Positions 26,750 to 35,746 of a DNA stretch of 64,000 nt are shown piece by piece. Every line of letters starts with the position of its first letter. The stretch's first letter is position 1. The DNA comes from Candidatus Aminicenantes bacterium. Lineage in GTDB: Bacteria; Acidobacteriota; Aminicenantia; Aminicenantales; Aminicenantaceae. The position numbers and the translations under genes are program-made. The notes beneath the pieces are model-generated. The model was not told the DNA's origin. It did not search any database and worked only from the letters and a program-made list of their open reading frames with translations. The stretch covers positions 5,899-69,898 of the forward strand of contig JAWODN010000121.1 of NCBI GenBank assembly GCA_046483285.1, in the 5' to 3' direction.

Positions 26750-27573
26750 GGCGACACCTGGGTGGTGACTTTTCCGGTCCGGCGGTCATAGGCATACTCC
26801 CGCCCGTCCAAGTCCATGGGGAGGGAATCAATCCAGCCGTCCTGCACCAGGCGGCCGAGTTTGTCCGGATAATATCCGAAAGCCCTTTTGTATTCTTCCA
26901 GAAGGCCTTCCAGTTTTTGGATATCCATGGCCGCTTTGGTCCGGTAAAGATGATTGGAAGCGATATTTTTGACCCGCTCGCTTTCCGCATTCTGGTATAT
27001 ATCCATCCAGTTGTTCCAGGCTTCCTGATAATCCCCGGTTTTAAAGACGGCGTTGGCGAACAGCCGCCTGGCCATATCCGGAGCGTCTTCAACTTCCATG
27101 GCTTTCCGGTAGTATTTTCGGGCCAGGGAATAATCCTTTAAATTCATCTGGGCGTAATGGCCGGCCTGCCAGGGAAAGAGCCATTCCTTGGGGTTGTTTT
27201 TCAGCCCCAGGTCCAGAATAGAAAAAGCCGCTTCGTAGTCTCCGGCATCATAGACGGCGATCATGGCGCCGATTTGATAGGGATCCAGATAGCGGGGGTC
27301 CAGCTCGGCGATGATGGAATAGACATGCTCCAGGTGGTCAAAGCGGTCGTCCACGGCTTTGTCGCTGAAGTACTGAATGGACCAGATATAGATCAGGTCG
27401 GCAAGAAGGGTGTTGTATCCCAGGGCGGCGTACTGGAGGTATTGTCCGGAAGGTATATATATGATGGAAGATCCGGGTTGGGTGTTCCGGGGAACGGCGT
27501 CGGATTTAAGCTTGAGAAGAGAGAACAGCCCTATGCACAGAACCATGCCCCAAATGAAGACGCTTTTTTTCAT
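26737..27573 (-). CDS. exported helical-repeat (TPR-like) protein of unknown function; start reassigned
   Basis: Start moved to the ATG at 27571-27573 (MKKSVFIWGMVLCIGLFSLLKL signal peptide), 5 nt downstream of the permease stop. The track start at 27744 would overlap the upstream gene. Follows the ABC pair and precedes pilD. Confidence 0.4.
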   Translation of the reverse strand: MKKSVFIWGMVLCIGLFSLLKLKSDAVPRNTQPGSSIIYIPSGQYLQYAALGYNTLLADLIYIWSIQYFSDKAVDDRFDHLEHVYSIIAELDPRYLDPYQIGAMIAVYDAGDYEAAFSILDLGLKNNPKEWLFPWQAGHYAQMNLKDYSLARKYYRKAMEVEDAPDMARRLFANAVFKTGDYQEAWNNWMDIYQNAESERVKNIASNHLYRTKAAMDIQKLEGLLEEYKRAFGYYPDKLGRLVQDGWIDSLPMDLDGREYAYDRRTGKVTTQVSPWER

Positions 27574-27577
27574 GATT

Positions 27578-28342
27578 TCAAATAAAGTCCCTTTTCCGGA
27601 AAATCGCCATGGCCAGGAGCAGCAGAAAGGCGGTGTAAACCACTCCGTATCCCAGGGAGGGCAGGAGGATTCCAAAGGGGATGTCCAGTCCGTGCACCAC
27701 TTCCGTCCGGAAATTAAAATTTTCCAGGTCCGGCAGAAGGACATAAAGCACCTGAACGGCCGCCTTGCCCGGTCCCGGATCCATTTTTTCCAGAAAGGCT
27801 TTCATGCCCCAGGAGAGGTGCCCGATCAGATAAAACGCCAGCGCGTAGATGGAGCTCAAGATAGGAGTTGAAAAGCAGGAAAACATCATAGCGACGGCGG
27901 TGATCAATCCCAATTCGATAAAAATAAACAGCAGGGCCGTCAGCATGGGAAACCCGATGGAAGCTCCGTGGAGCCAGGCGATAATAAAAAAGATAAGGCT
28001 CATCAAAGCCACCATGACCAGCAGGGTCGCGGTCAGACCGAAAAATTTTCCCAGCAGGAATTGATAGCGGTGAATGGGCGTCGACAGCAGAGTGTACACA
28101 GTCCGTTTGTCGATTTCTTTGTACACCAATCCGGTTCCCATCAAAATCGCCATCAGAACACCCACGATGGAAATGGAACCCAGCCCCACATCCAGAATGA
28201 TGCGGACCCGGTCTCCCACCGTGATCAACGCCAGGAAGCGGGAAAACACCAGCCCGGCGACGGCAAAAAACAGAAGCAGATAGAGAATCCGGTCCCGGAT
28301 CGCTTCCCGGAAGGTGTTTAAGGCAATCGCTGTTATTTTCAT
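27578..28342 (-). CDS. ABC-2 family transporter permease
   Basis: 254 aa, 6 TM helices. Start overlaps the ATPase stop (ATGA). N-terminus MKITAIALNTFREAIRDRILYLLLFF is typical of ABC-2 permeases. Confidence 0.65.
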   Translation of the reverse strand: MKITAIALNTFREAIRDRILYLLLFFAVAGLVFSRFLALITVGDRVRIILDVGLGSISIVGVLMAILMGTGLVYKEIDKRTVYTLLSTPIHRYQFLLGKFFGLTATLLVMVALMSLIFFIIAWLHGASIGFPMLTALLFIFIELGLITAVAMMFSCFSTPILSSIYALAFYLIGHLSWGMKAFLEKMDPGPGKAAVQVLYVLLPDLENFNFRTEVVHGLDIPFGILLPSLGYGVVYTAFLLLLAMAIFRKRDFI

Positions 28343-29280
28343 TTCACCATCCCCACGAAAATGTCTTCCAGGCTTTGATAACGGGGAACCAAAGCGTGGA
28401 TTCGGCCTTGGCGTTCGCGCACGAATTTCAGCAGGCTGTCGATTTTTTCCTGGTCATAGATTTTAATAAGGATTTGGTCCCCCCGCTGGTGGAGTCTTTC
28501 TCCGAATGTTCCCAGGGTTTCCGGTGCCATTCCGGAGACAACGGCTTCTGTGAACAGAACCTTTTTCTTGATAAGGTTCTCCAGGTCACCCTGGCTGACA
28601 ATGGCGCCGTTGATGATGATGGCCACCCGGTCGCAGATCATTTCAATATCCTGAAGAATGTGGGAAGACAGAAAGACGGTTCGTCCTTCGTCCCGGATCC
28701 GGCCAATGATATCCCGCATCTCTTTTCTTCCCAAAGGATCCAGCCCCCCCAGGGGCTCATCCAGCAAAACCAGCTCGGGATGATTCAGCAGGGCTTGAGC
28801 CAGCCCGATGCGCTGGAGCATGCCTTTGGAGTACTTGCGCAGCTGCAGTCCGGCCCAGGCTTGAAGTCCGACCATCTTGAGCAATTCCTGGATCCGCCGG
28901 TTTTGCTCATTTCCGGGAATCCGGTGGAGCTGACTGTAAAACCGCAAAAACTCTTCGGCCGTCAAATAATCATAAAAATAGGGATTTTCCGGAAGAAACC
29001 CGATTCTCTCCTTGGCGTTCAAAGACAGATGGGGGTGACCCAGGATCTCGATTTCCCCTTTTTCCGGAAAAATCAAGCCCAATATGCATTTCAAAGTGGT
29101 GGTTTTCCCGGCTCCGTTGGGGCCCAGGTATCCGAATATTTCACCTTTGGGGACTTCCAGGGAGATCCCCTTTAAAACCGTCCGGCGTTTTCGGGTGAAT
29201 TCCGCTGGAAATGATTTGTGAAGGTCGCAGATCCGCAGGGCTGTGCTCATTTTGCTGTCTCCTTTCCCCGGCGCTTCCAT
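28339..29280 (-). CDS. ABC transporter ATP-binding protein
   Basis: 313 aa. Walker A GYLGPNGAGKTTTLKCILGL. Signature YSKGMLQRIGLAQAL. Walker B LLDEP. Confidence 0.85.
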   Translation of the reverse strand: MEAPGKGDSKMSTALRICDLHKSFPAEFTRKRRTVLKGISLEVPKGEIFGYLGPNGAGKTTTLKCILGLIFPEKGEIEILGHPHLSLNAKERIGFLPENPYFYDYLTAEEFLRFYSQLHRIPGNEQNRRIQELLKMVGLQAWAGLQLRKYSKGMLQRIGLAQALLNHPELVLLDEPLGGLDPLGRKEMRDIIGRIRDEGRTVFLSSHILQDIEMICDRVAIIINGAIVSQGDLENLIKKKVLFTEAVVSGMAPETLGTFGERLHQRGDQILIKIYDQEKIDSLLKFVRERQGRIHALVPRYQSLEDIFVGMVK

Positions 29281-29339
29281 CTTGATGATTTTAACGGATC
29301 ATAATTCAGATTCATTATACGAAAATTTAATTCTATTTC

Positions 29340-29765
29340 AAATCAACCTGCTAATCCTGACCCATTACTTAGCCTGACCTATTCATAAAAAAATGGCGAT
29401 GTTTTCATAATTTCTTTTTTTCCTAATATTTGCATGATTTTTTTGAGAATTCAATCTTGAACGTTTGTCATTATCCATATTTTCAATTTATTCGCCATTT
29501 TTTTACCCTTCGGGCGGGCCGGATCTCACCGCATCTGCCGGGTTGCGGCTCGTCGCAGTGAAGTGACGACCTTTCATTAATTTAATGTCATCCTGAGCGG
29601 AGCGAAGGATCCCGGACTGCTTCTAATTGGCAACCCATTGTCCATATGGCCTGGCGAAAGCACTCACAGATCCCTCGTCGCTCCGCTCCTCGGGACGACA
29701 TTGAATTAAAGAATTGTCGTCGTCTGCGGCAATCCCGGCCCATTCATCATCCAGGTTTGAAAATC
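29340..29765. repeat. mosaic repeat copy (module A, module F rc, module G, module D)
   Basis: 29369-29400 is module A. 29515-29580 (GGGCGGGCCGGATCTCACCGCATCTGCCGGGTTGCGGCTCGTCGCAGTGAAGTGACGACC) is the reverse complement of 38395-38510 and identical to the rc of 60795-60860. 29581-29700 is module G. 29700-29750 is module D. Confidence 0.8.
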
Positions 29766-29865
29766 CTGTGTTCGCAGCCCAAATATTTCTTGACCTGAAG
29801 AAGATTTTGATATAAAAAAAGAAAGAATGGCTTCGGGTTACGGGAAAACCCGCAAGGAGGGCAAA

Positions 29866-30096
29866 ATGGGTAAATTAAACACTTTGGACTGGATTTGTCT
29901 GATCCTGGTTATCATTGGAGGACTGAATTGGCTATTGGTCGGCGTGTTCAGTTTTAATCTGGTCTCGGCTATTTTCGGCGTCATGTCCGTCATTTCCAGA
30001 ATCGTTTACATTCTGGTCGGCGTTTCCGCGCTTTATGTCCTGATTTTTATGCTTCCTAAAATGGGGAAGAAAACGAAAACAGCCGTTACTCCATAA
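29866..30096 (+). CDS. DUF378-family small membrane protein
   Basis: Start moved to the ATG at 29866, with a perfect RBS AGGAGG at 29855-29860 and a 5-nt spacer. MGKLNTLDWICLILVIIGGLNWLLVGVFSFNLVSAIFG matches the DUF378 GGLNWGLVG motif. Two TM helices. Confidence 0.6.
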   Translation: MGKLNTLDWICLILVIIGGLNWLLVGVFSFNLVSAIFGVMSVISRIVYILVGVSALYVLIFMLPKMGKKTKTAVTP

Positions 30097-30225
30097 CCAA
30101 AAGTCCAGCTCGACACCGGTCCACTTCCTCTTTTTCCGGCCTCGCGGCGCCGGATAAGCCTGAATAATGAACTATGTTATGCGGACACCCCGTTTCTGAG
30201 CGGCCTGCTCATCAGCCGGGCTGGT

Positions 30226-31038
30226 TTATGCATAGCTGTGAAGACCGGACAAAAGGTAGTTGACCCCGAAATAGGTAAACATGGCGGCTAAAAAACCGAG
30301 GATCGCGATAACAGCTGAACGGCGGCCCTTCCAGCCCATAACGATCCGGGTATGGAGATAGAGGGCAAAAACAAACCAAGTGATCAAGGTCCAGACCTCT
30401 TTGGGGTCCCAGCTCCAGTAACTTCCCCAGGCCTTGGAAGCCCAAACCATTCCGAAAACCAGGCCGCCCAATGTAAAAAGAGGAAAACCGGCCGCAATGC
30501 ATCGGTAACTGACCAAATCAAGTTTTTTTGAAGACAGGCTGGTGGGAATGCCTTTTTTTTCTTTGGAATCAGTGATTAAATAAAGGATGCTGGTCACAAA
30601 AGCGATAGCGAAAAAAGCTTCCCCCACCAAGGTCACGGAAACGTGCAGCCATAACCAATAACTCTGCAGCGCCGGCACCAGCGGCTGAGCCTCCTGCGGC
30701 ATAAGCGGTGAAGACGCCAGGGCCATAAAGGCGATAACAATCAGCATCATATAGGGGCCGGCCTTCCGGATTTTAAATTTAGCCTCCATGATGAGATAAG
30801 CCAAAACAGCCGCCCAGCTTAAAAAGGACAAAGACTCATACATGTTGGAGAAAGGGGCATGGCCGCTTTCTACAGCCCGGATGATCAAGGCGGCGCTGTG
30901 GATAATCAGTCCGGCGGAGGCGATGACATAAGCCGCACCGGCGGCCCTTTCCCGCTTGGAAAACAAATAGGAAAAATAAAAAAACGCCGCAAGTATATAC
31001 AAAATGAAAGCGCCGGCAAAGACAGTTGTCTCGTTCAT
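30226..31038 (-). CDS. ccsA: cytochrome c-type biogenesis protein CcsA/ResC (system II)
   Basis: 270 aa. WWD-domain signature WGSYWSWDPKEVW. Polytopic. Start overlaps the resB stop (ATGA). Confidence 0.85.
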   Translation of the reverse strand: MNETTVFAGAFILYILAAFFYFSYLFSKRERAAGAAYVIASAGLIIHSAALIIRAVESGHAPFSNMYESLSFLSWAAVLAYLIMEAKFKIRKAGPYMMLIVIAFMALASSPLMPQEAQPLVPALQSYWLWLHVSVTLVGEAFFAIAFVTSILYLITDSKEKKGIPTSLSSKKLDLVSYRCIAAGFPLFTLGGLVFGMVWASKAWGSYWSWDPKEVWTLITWFVFALYLHTRIVMGWKGRRSAVIAILGFLAAMFTYFGVNYLLSGLHSYA

Positions 31039-32387
31039 GTGACTCTCCTTAATTCGGATAAGACAGACTGAAATTCACTGCGGAATTCCTCCCGGTTCTT
31101 CTTTGACTCGCCTCCTGCGGCAATTTCCGCATGAGACCCAAAATCGGCCAGATGAAAACGCAGCGTACGGCTCGGCCAGTAAAAGGCCGCGAATAACCCC
31201 AGCATCAGCACGGCGCATCCCGCCCAAATGAAATTGGTTCCCGGATCCCTGGCAACCTGGATGCCGGAATATTGAGGCGCTTGAAAATCTTCCAGCACAA
31301 AGGAGATTTCCCGTTCTCCATCCGGATGAGAGGGGGAAAAATCCGGAAATTCAGCAAAAACCCATCCCCTGAAGATCACTTCCCCGCTTCGGAAACTTTC
31401 CAGGTATACCGCCGGATTGTTAGGCTGAAGGGAACGGGTGGTCACTCTGTTGCCTTCCGTTATCACAAAATCAGGGACGAACGCGCGGGCGGCGATTTCC
31501 GTCACATCATCCCGCAGCGTGTATTTCTCACCTATGGAAATCCGGATTTTTTCCTCCGGACTTTCTCCCCCCGGTTTCCTGACCAGAATATCAAGACGGG
31601 GATTATTCCAGTCCCAGCCATAGCTGCTCTGATAAAAAACAAAACCCTGATAGGAAAGAGGGTGATTGACTTTTATGGTTTCGGTGGTCTTTTCCCGGTT
31701 GGAATCAATGACTGTCAAAGTGCTCTTCCAGGCACTGACAGCCCCGGAAGGATAATATTCGGTTTCGAACTTATCCAGACGAATTTGGAAATCAGCATGA
31801 GGAACGTCGGCCGTGCTCCCTTCGATGATATTCAAATTTCCCCGAAAACCCCCTATTCCACTGAGAATGCCTCCAAAAATAATAACCAGGATGCCGGCGT
31901 GAACGACATCCGGGCCGAAAATCCCCAGAGTTTTTTTTCGGGCCAGAATATAACATTGGTTTTCCTTGTTCTCTTCTTTAATGCGGTAACGTCTCTTCTT
32001 GAGAGCCTGCCGGAGCTTCTCTTTGACTGCCGGCGCATCTCCGGTTTTTTTCAGCTTTTCATGCTCTTTAAAAGCCGAAATCCGTTTCGGATGTATTGAT
32101 ACCGATGGTCTGACCACCCGCTTTAATTTGGACGGAAAACGGGTAAGCGTGCAGACCACCATGTTCAAAGCGAATAAAAAAAGAAAAGAAAGGTACCACC
32201 AGGATTGATAAAGCCGGGTAATTTCCATTCGAATAAGCAGGCTGGATAAATCGCCGTACTTGGCCTGATATTCTTCCGGAGAGCGGTGCTGCGGGATAAG
32301 TGTTCCGAGAACCGATGCCAGGGTGATAACAATCAACAGAAATATACCCAGTCTGACCGAACTGAAAACCTGCAAAAAAGATTTCAT
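31035..32387 (-). CDS. resB: cytochrome c biogenesis protein ResB/CcsB (system II)
   Basis: 450 aa. N-terminus MKSFLQVFSSVRLGIFLLIVITLASVLGTLIPQ is typical of ResB. Large periplasmic domain and C-terminal TM helices. Confidence 0.8.
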   Translation of the reverse strand: MKSFLQVFSSVRLGIFLLIVITLASVLGTLIPQHRSPEEYQAKYGDLSSLLIRMEITRLYQSWWYLSFLFLFALNMVVCTLTRFPSKLKRVVRPSVSIHPKRISAFKEHEKLKKTGDAPAVKEKLRQALKKRRYRIKEENKENQCYILARKKTLGIFGPDVVHAGILVIIFGGILSGIGGFRGNLNIIEGSTADVPHADFQIRLDKFETEYYPSGAVSAWKSTLTVIDSNREKTTETIKVNHPLSYQGFVFYQSSYGWDWNNPRLDILVRKPGGESPEEKIRISIGEKYTLRDDVTEIAARAFVPDFVITEGNRVTTRSLQPNNPAVYLESFRSGEVIFRGWVFAEFPDFSPSHPDGEREISFVLEDFQAPQYSGIQVARDPGTNFIWAGCAVLMLGLFAAFYWPSRTLRFHLADFGSHAEIAAGGESKKNREEFRSEFQSVLSELRRVT

Positions 32388-32515
32388 AACCTGAAGTCCT
32401 CTCTTCTTTTCTCTAAATTCACGCTTCTTCGAGTTAGTTTACCATAATCCGGCTGATAAAGTTGACAATTCCGCACGAATCCTATATAAATTGAGCACTG
32501 TCCAACATAGAGGAG

Positions 32516-32734
32516 GTGAACAGCTTGGCATTTGTTGTTATCGATGAAAAAGAATCCATCGAACAAGCTCTGAAACGCTTTAAGAGAAAAGTTCAACAAG
32601 AATCTATAATCAAAGAAATCAAAAAACATTCCGTATATTTCAAACCCGGTGAGCGCAGAAGAATGAAGGAAGCTCAAGCCCGGAAAAGAATGAGACGGCG
32701 CGTGAGAAGAGAAAGAGAATACGAATATTATTGA
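32516..32734 (+). CDS. rpsU: 30S ribosomal protein S21
   Basis: 72 aa. EQALKRFKRKV...YFKPGERRRMKEAQARKRMRRRVRRE matches the S21 pattern (ALRRFKR...FYEKP...R). Start may be slightly downstream. Confidence 0.7.
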   Translation: MNSLAFVVIDEKESIEQALKRFKRKVQQESIIKEIKKHSVYFKPGERRRMKEAQARKRMRRRVRREREYEYY

Positions 32735-32778
32735 TTTTTTCCTTCCCCGGTATTCTTCCCGCATTCTGAGAGAAAGAG

Positions 32779-33657
32779 GTGGCGTCCCTGCCTGCGAAAA
32801 AAAGAAAGCCCTCCTGGCTGAAAATCAATCTTCCCAGGGATAAAGATTATTTTTTTGTCTCCAGAACGGTTGAGAGCAACCATCTCCACACCATATGCAC
32901 AAGTGCGCGCTGCCCCAACATCTCGGAATGCTGGTCTCACCGAACCGCCACCTTTCTGATATTGGGAAATGTCTGCACCAGAAACTGCGCTTTTTGCGCC
33001 GTACCCAAAGGCACACCGGCGCCTCCCTCCCCGGACGAACCTGAAAATGTCGCTGATGCCGCTTCACGCCTGGGGCTGCGGTATGTCGTCATCACATCCG
33101 TCACCCGGGATGATCTTCCTGACGGAGGAGCCCAACATTTCGCTGACACCATTTCCGCTCTCAGAAAGAAAAACCAGGAAATAAAAATAGAGGTGCTGAT
33201 CCCGGATTTTTCGGGTGACAAAGAAGCCTTGGAAACGATTATCCGGCATGATCCTGAGGTCCTAAATCATAATCTGGAGGTGCCCCGCGCTTTGTATCCC
33301 TCCATACACAGAGACCCCCCTAATTACCGCCGTTCCCTCCAGGTGCTCCAAACCGCCGCGGAAGAAAAAATGATCACTAAATCCGGATTGATGATCGGAT
33401 TAGGGGAGACTGACAAAGACATAATGGAGACATTTCAGGATCTGCGTGATCACGGCTGCCTGATTTTGACTATCGGGCAGTATCTCCAATCCACACGAAA
33501 AAACGCACCGGTAAAAAAATACTACTCTCCGGATGAATTCAAAGACCTTAAAAAGTCCGCCTTGAAAATGGGATTCCGCCAAGTGGAATCAGGGCCGCTG
33601 GTGCGAAGCTCTTACCGGGCTCACCGTTTATACCGCTCCGCCGCCGGAAATGCTTGA
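32779..33657 (+). CDS. lipA: lipoyl synthase
   Basis: 292 aa. N-terminal auxiliary cluster CTSARCPNISECW and radical-SAM motif CTRNCAFC. Confidence 0.9.
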   Translation: MASLPAKKRKPSWLKINLPRDKDYFFVSRTVESNHLHTICTSARCPNISECWSHRTATFLILGNVCTRNCAFCAVPKGTPAPPSPDEPENVADAASRLGLRYVVITSVTRDDLPDGGAQHFADTISALRKKNQEIKIEVLIPDFSGDKEALETIIRHDPEVLNHNLEVPRALYPSIHRDPPNYRRSLQVLQTAAEEKMITKSGLMIGLGETDKDIMETFQDLRDHGCLILTIGQYLQSTRKNAPVKKYYSPDEFKDLKKSALKMGFRQVESGPLVRSSYRAHRLYRSAAGNA

Positions 33658-33660
33658 GTC

Positions 33661-34401
33661 ATGCGTTATCTTATTTTTTCTGACATTCATGGAAATCTTG
33701 AAGCCTTTCTGGAGATTTTATCCGCCGTCAAAAAAAATTCCATTGACCGGTATCTTTTTTTGGGCGACCTGGTGGGTTACGGAGCTTCGCCCAACGAAGT
33801 GATCCGGGAAATTCAAAAATTGAACCCCCTCCACATCATCCGGGGAAACCATGACAAAGCTGTTTCCGACCATGAACCCGTTCACACATTCAATCCGGTT
33901 GCAGCGGCCGCTATTCACTGGACACGCAAGAACCTGGCCGAAAAAAACAACAAATATCTCTCCCGGCTCCGGGCCGGACCGGTGGTGGTCGATGAAAGCA
34001 TCACCATCTGCCATGGATCTCCATTTGACGAAGACTTTTACATCTTCGGTGAATTCGACGCCGCCGAAGCCTTTATGTACACCAAAACTCAGGTGACTTT
34101 TTTCGGCCATACCCACCTCCCCTTTGTTTATACCGAAGAGGACCGGTTGGTTCTGGGGCGATTCATTTCCTCCCACACCGAAAAGGTCCGGCTTAAAGAA
34201 AAAATCCGCTATCTCATCAATCCAGGCTCCGTCGGGCAGCCGCGGGATAGAAATCCTGATGCCGCATATGCCGTTTTTGATTCCGAAGAAAGAACCGTCA
34301 CATTCCACCGGGTCCCTTATGACATCAAGTCAGCACAGAAAAAAATAACCGGAGAGGAGCTGCCCCGGTCCCTGGCGGACCGGCTGGAAATGGGAATATG
34401 A
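33661..34401 (+). CDS. metallophosphoesterase (calcineurin-like phosphoesterase family)
   Basis: 246 aa. MRYLIFSDIHGN, GDLVGYG and GNHD metal-binding motifs. Confidence 0.7.
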   Translation: MRYLIFSDIHGNLEAFLEILSAVKKNSIDRYLFLGDLVGYGASPNEVIREIQKLNPLHIIRGNHDKAVSDHEPVHTFNPVAAAAIHWTRKNLAEKNNKYLSRLRAGPVVVDESITICHGSPFDEDFYIFGEFDAAEAFMYTKTQVTFFGHTHLPFVYTEEDRLVLGRFISSHTEKVRLKEKIRYLINPGSVGQPRDRNPDAAYAVFDSEERTVTFHRVPYDIKSAQKKITGEELPRSLADRLEMGI

Positions 34402-34922
34402 CTCAATCACAAATGTCCGGAGTCTATATGATCCACCCTTTTCCGTACGGAAACCTCCTCTTGATGAGAAGATCTCAAGGCTTGACAAAAGTGAAATATT
34501 ATCCCCGTCCGCTCTCGCATGACGATATAATGCCGGCTTCCAGAAGGGATATTTTACGGATCGAACACAGCCCCGGCGCCTTTGAAACGGAAATGGATTT
34601 ATTGCAACGGTATTTCCGGGGAGAAGAAACAAATTTCAACCGGATTGAACTGGATTTCTCATCAGCATCCCCTTTCCAGAAAAAGGTATGGTCCTTAACC
34701 CGGGAGCTTCCTTACGGCCGCACCTCAAGTTATAAATTTTTGGCGGAGGAAATGGGTCACCGGGGATACCGCAGTATAGGCCGGGCTCTCCATGCCAACC
34801 CCTGGATAATCATCGTTCCCTGCCACCGGGTTATCCGCAGCGACGGCGGGCTGGGGGAGTTCGCAGCCGGCCTGAAAATCAAACAATACCTCCTCAGTTT
34901 GGAAAAAAGTCAAAAAAATTAA
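34398..34922 (+). CDS. ogt: methylated-DNA--protein-cysteine methyltransferase
   Basis: 174 aa. Active-site motif VPCHRVI and the helix-turn-helix region YGRTSSYKFLAEEMG. Confidence 0.75.
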   Translation: MTQSQMSGVYMIHPFPYGNLLLMRRSQGLTKVKYYPRPLSHDDIMPASRRDILRIEHSPGAFETEMDLLQRYFRGEETNFNRIELDFSSASPFQKKVWSLTRELPYGRTSSYKFLAEEMGHRGYRSIGRALHANPWIIIVPCHRVIRSDGGLGEFAAGLKIKQYLLSLEKSQKN

Positions 34923-34939
34923 AATAAGTCAGGCTGAAT

Positions 34940-35746
34940 ATGTCGGTGCTAGAAGCGAAAAACCTAAAAAAATCCTTCGATCAGCGGATGGTGGTCAAAG
35001 GCGTGGACATTGAAGTCCAATCCGGCCGCATCACCAGCCTTTTGGGCCGCAACGGTGCCGGAAAAACCACAACCTTCAGAATGATCACCGGCTTGACCCG
35101 GCCGGATGCAGGCGCGGTTTTATTGAACGGAGATGATATTTCAGGGCTCTCCACTCCCCAGCGGGCTGACCGTGGGATCATATATCTTCCCCAGGAAAAT
35201 TCTGTTTTTCTTAAGGCATCCGTCGAAGAAAACTTGAAGCTGATCCTGGAAATAAAAAAACCGGATATGGCTGACAAAATCGATTTCATCCATAAGCTCT
35301 TGGAAGAAATGGGCCTGGCGGAACTCAAAGGCCAAAAGGCCTATAGTCTATCAGGAGGAGAACGGAGACGGCTGGAAATAAGCCGTTCCCTTATCCTGGA
35401 CCCTCATTTTCTGCTTCTGGATGAGCCTTTTACCGGCATCGACCCCTTGACGATCGCTGAACTGCAGAAAATTTTATTGCGCCTTAAAAAACGGGGAATC
35501 GGCATCCTGGTTTCCGACCATAACGTGAGAGACACACTGGACATCACCGGCCGGGGATATATCATCGATGAAGGGTCTATTTTAGTCGAGGGCACTCCGG
35601 AGGAAATCGCTTCCGATCACAAGGCGAGAAAAAAATTCCTGGGAATGGATTTTTCCCTTGGAAAAAAGAAAAGCGTTCACTCCTCTTTCGGGAATATAAA
35701 ATCCCCCAAGGTCTCCCTAAGAAAAACCAAAAACAAGCTGAAGTAA
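34940..35746 (+). CDS. lptB: ABC ATP-binding protein, LptB-like
   Basis: 268 aa. Walker A LLGRNGAGKTT. IYLPQENSVFLKASVEENL is typical of LptB. LSGGERRRLEISRSL signature. LLLDEPF Walker B. Confidence 0.65.
   Translation: MSVLEAKNLKKSFDQRMVVKGVDIEVQSGRITSLLGRNGAGKTTTFRMITGLTRPDAGAVLLNGDDISGLSTPQRADRGIIYLPQENSVFLKASVEENLKLILEIKKPDMADKIDFIHKLLEEMGLAELKGQKAYSLSGGERRRLEISRSLILDPHFLLLDEPFTGIDPLTIAELQKILLRLKKRGIGILVSDHNVRDTLDITGRGYIIDEGSILVEGTPEEIASDHKARKKFLGMDFSLGKKKSVHSSFGNIKSPKVSLRKTKNKLK

Noticed and set aside
26100-27092. 330-aa ORF overlapping pilD in another frame
   Set aside because: Low-complexity Pro/Gly/Arg-rich translation. Fully overlapped by the well-supported A24 peptidase and TPR-like protein frames.
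30097-30225. Convergent region between DUF378 and ccsA with a GC hairpin (CCGGCCTCGCGGCGCCGG) and module A-like sequence
   Set aside because: Plausible bidirectional terminator or degenerate repeat copy, but no clear T-tract on either side. Not confident enough to annotate.
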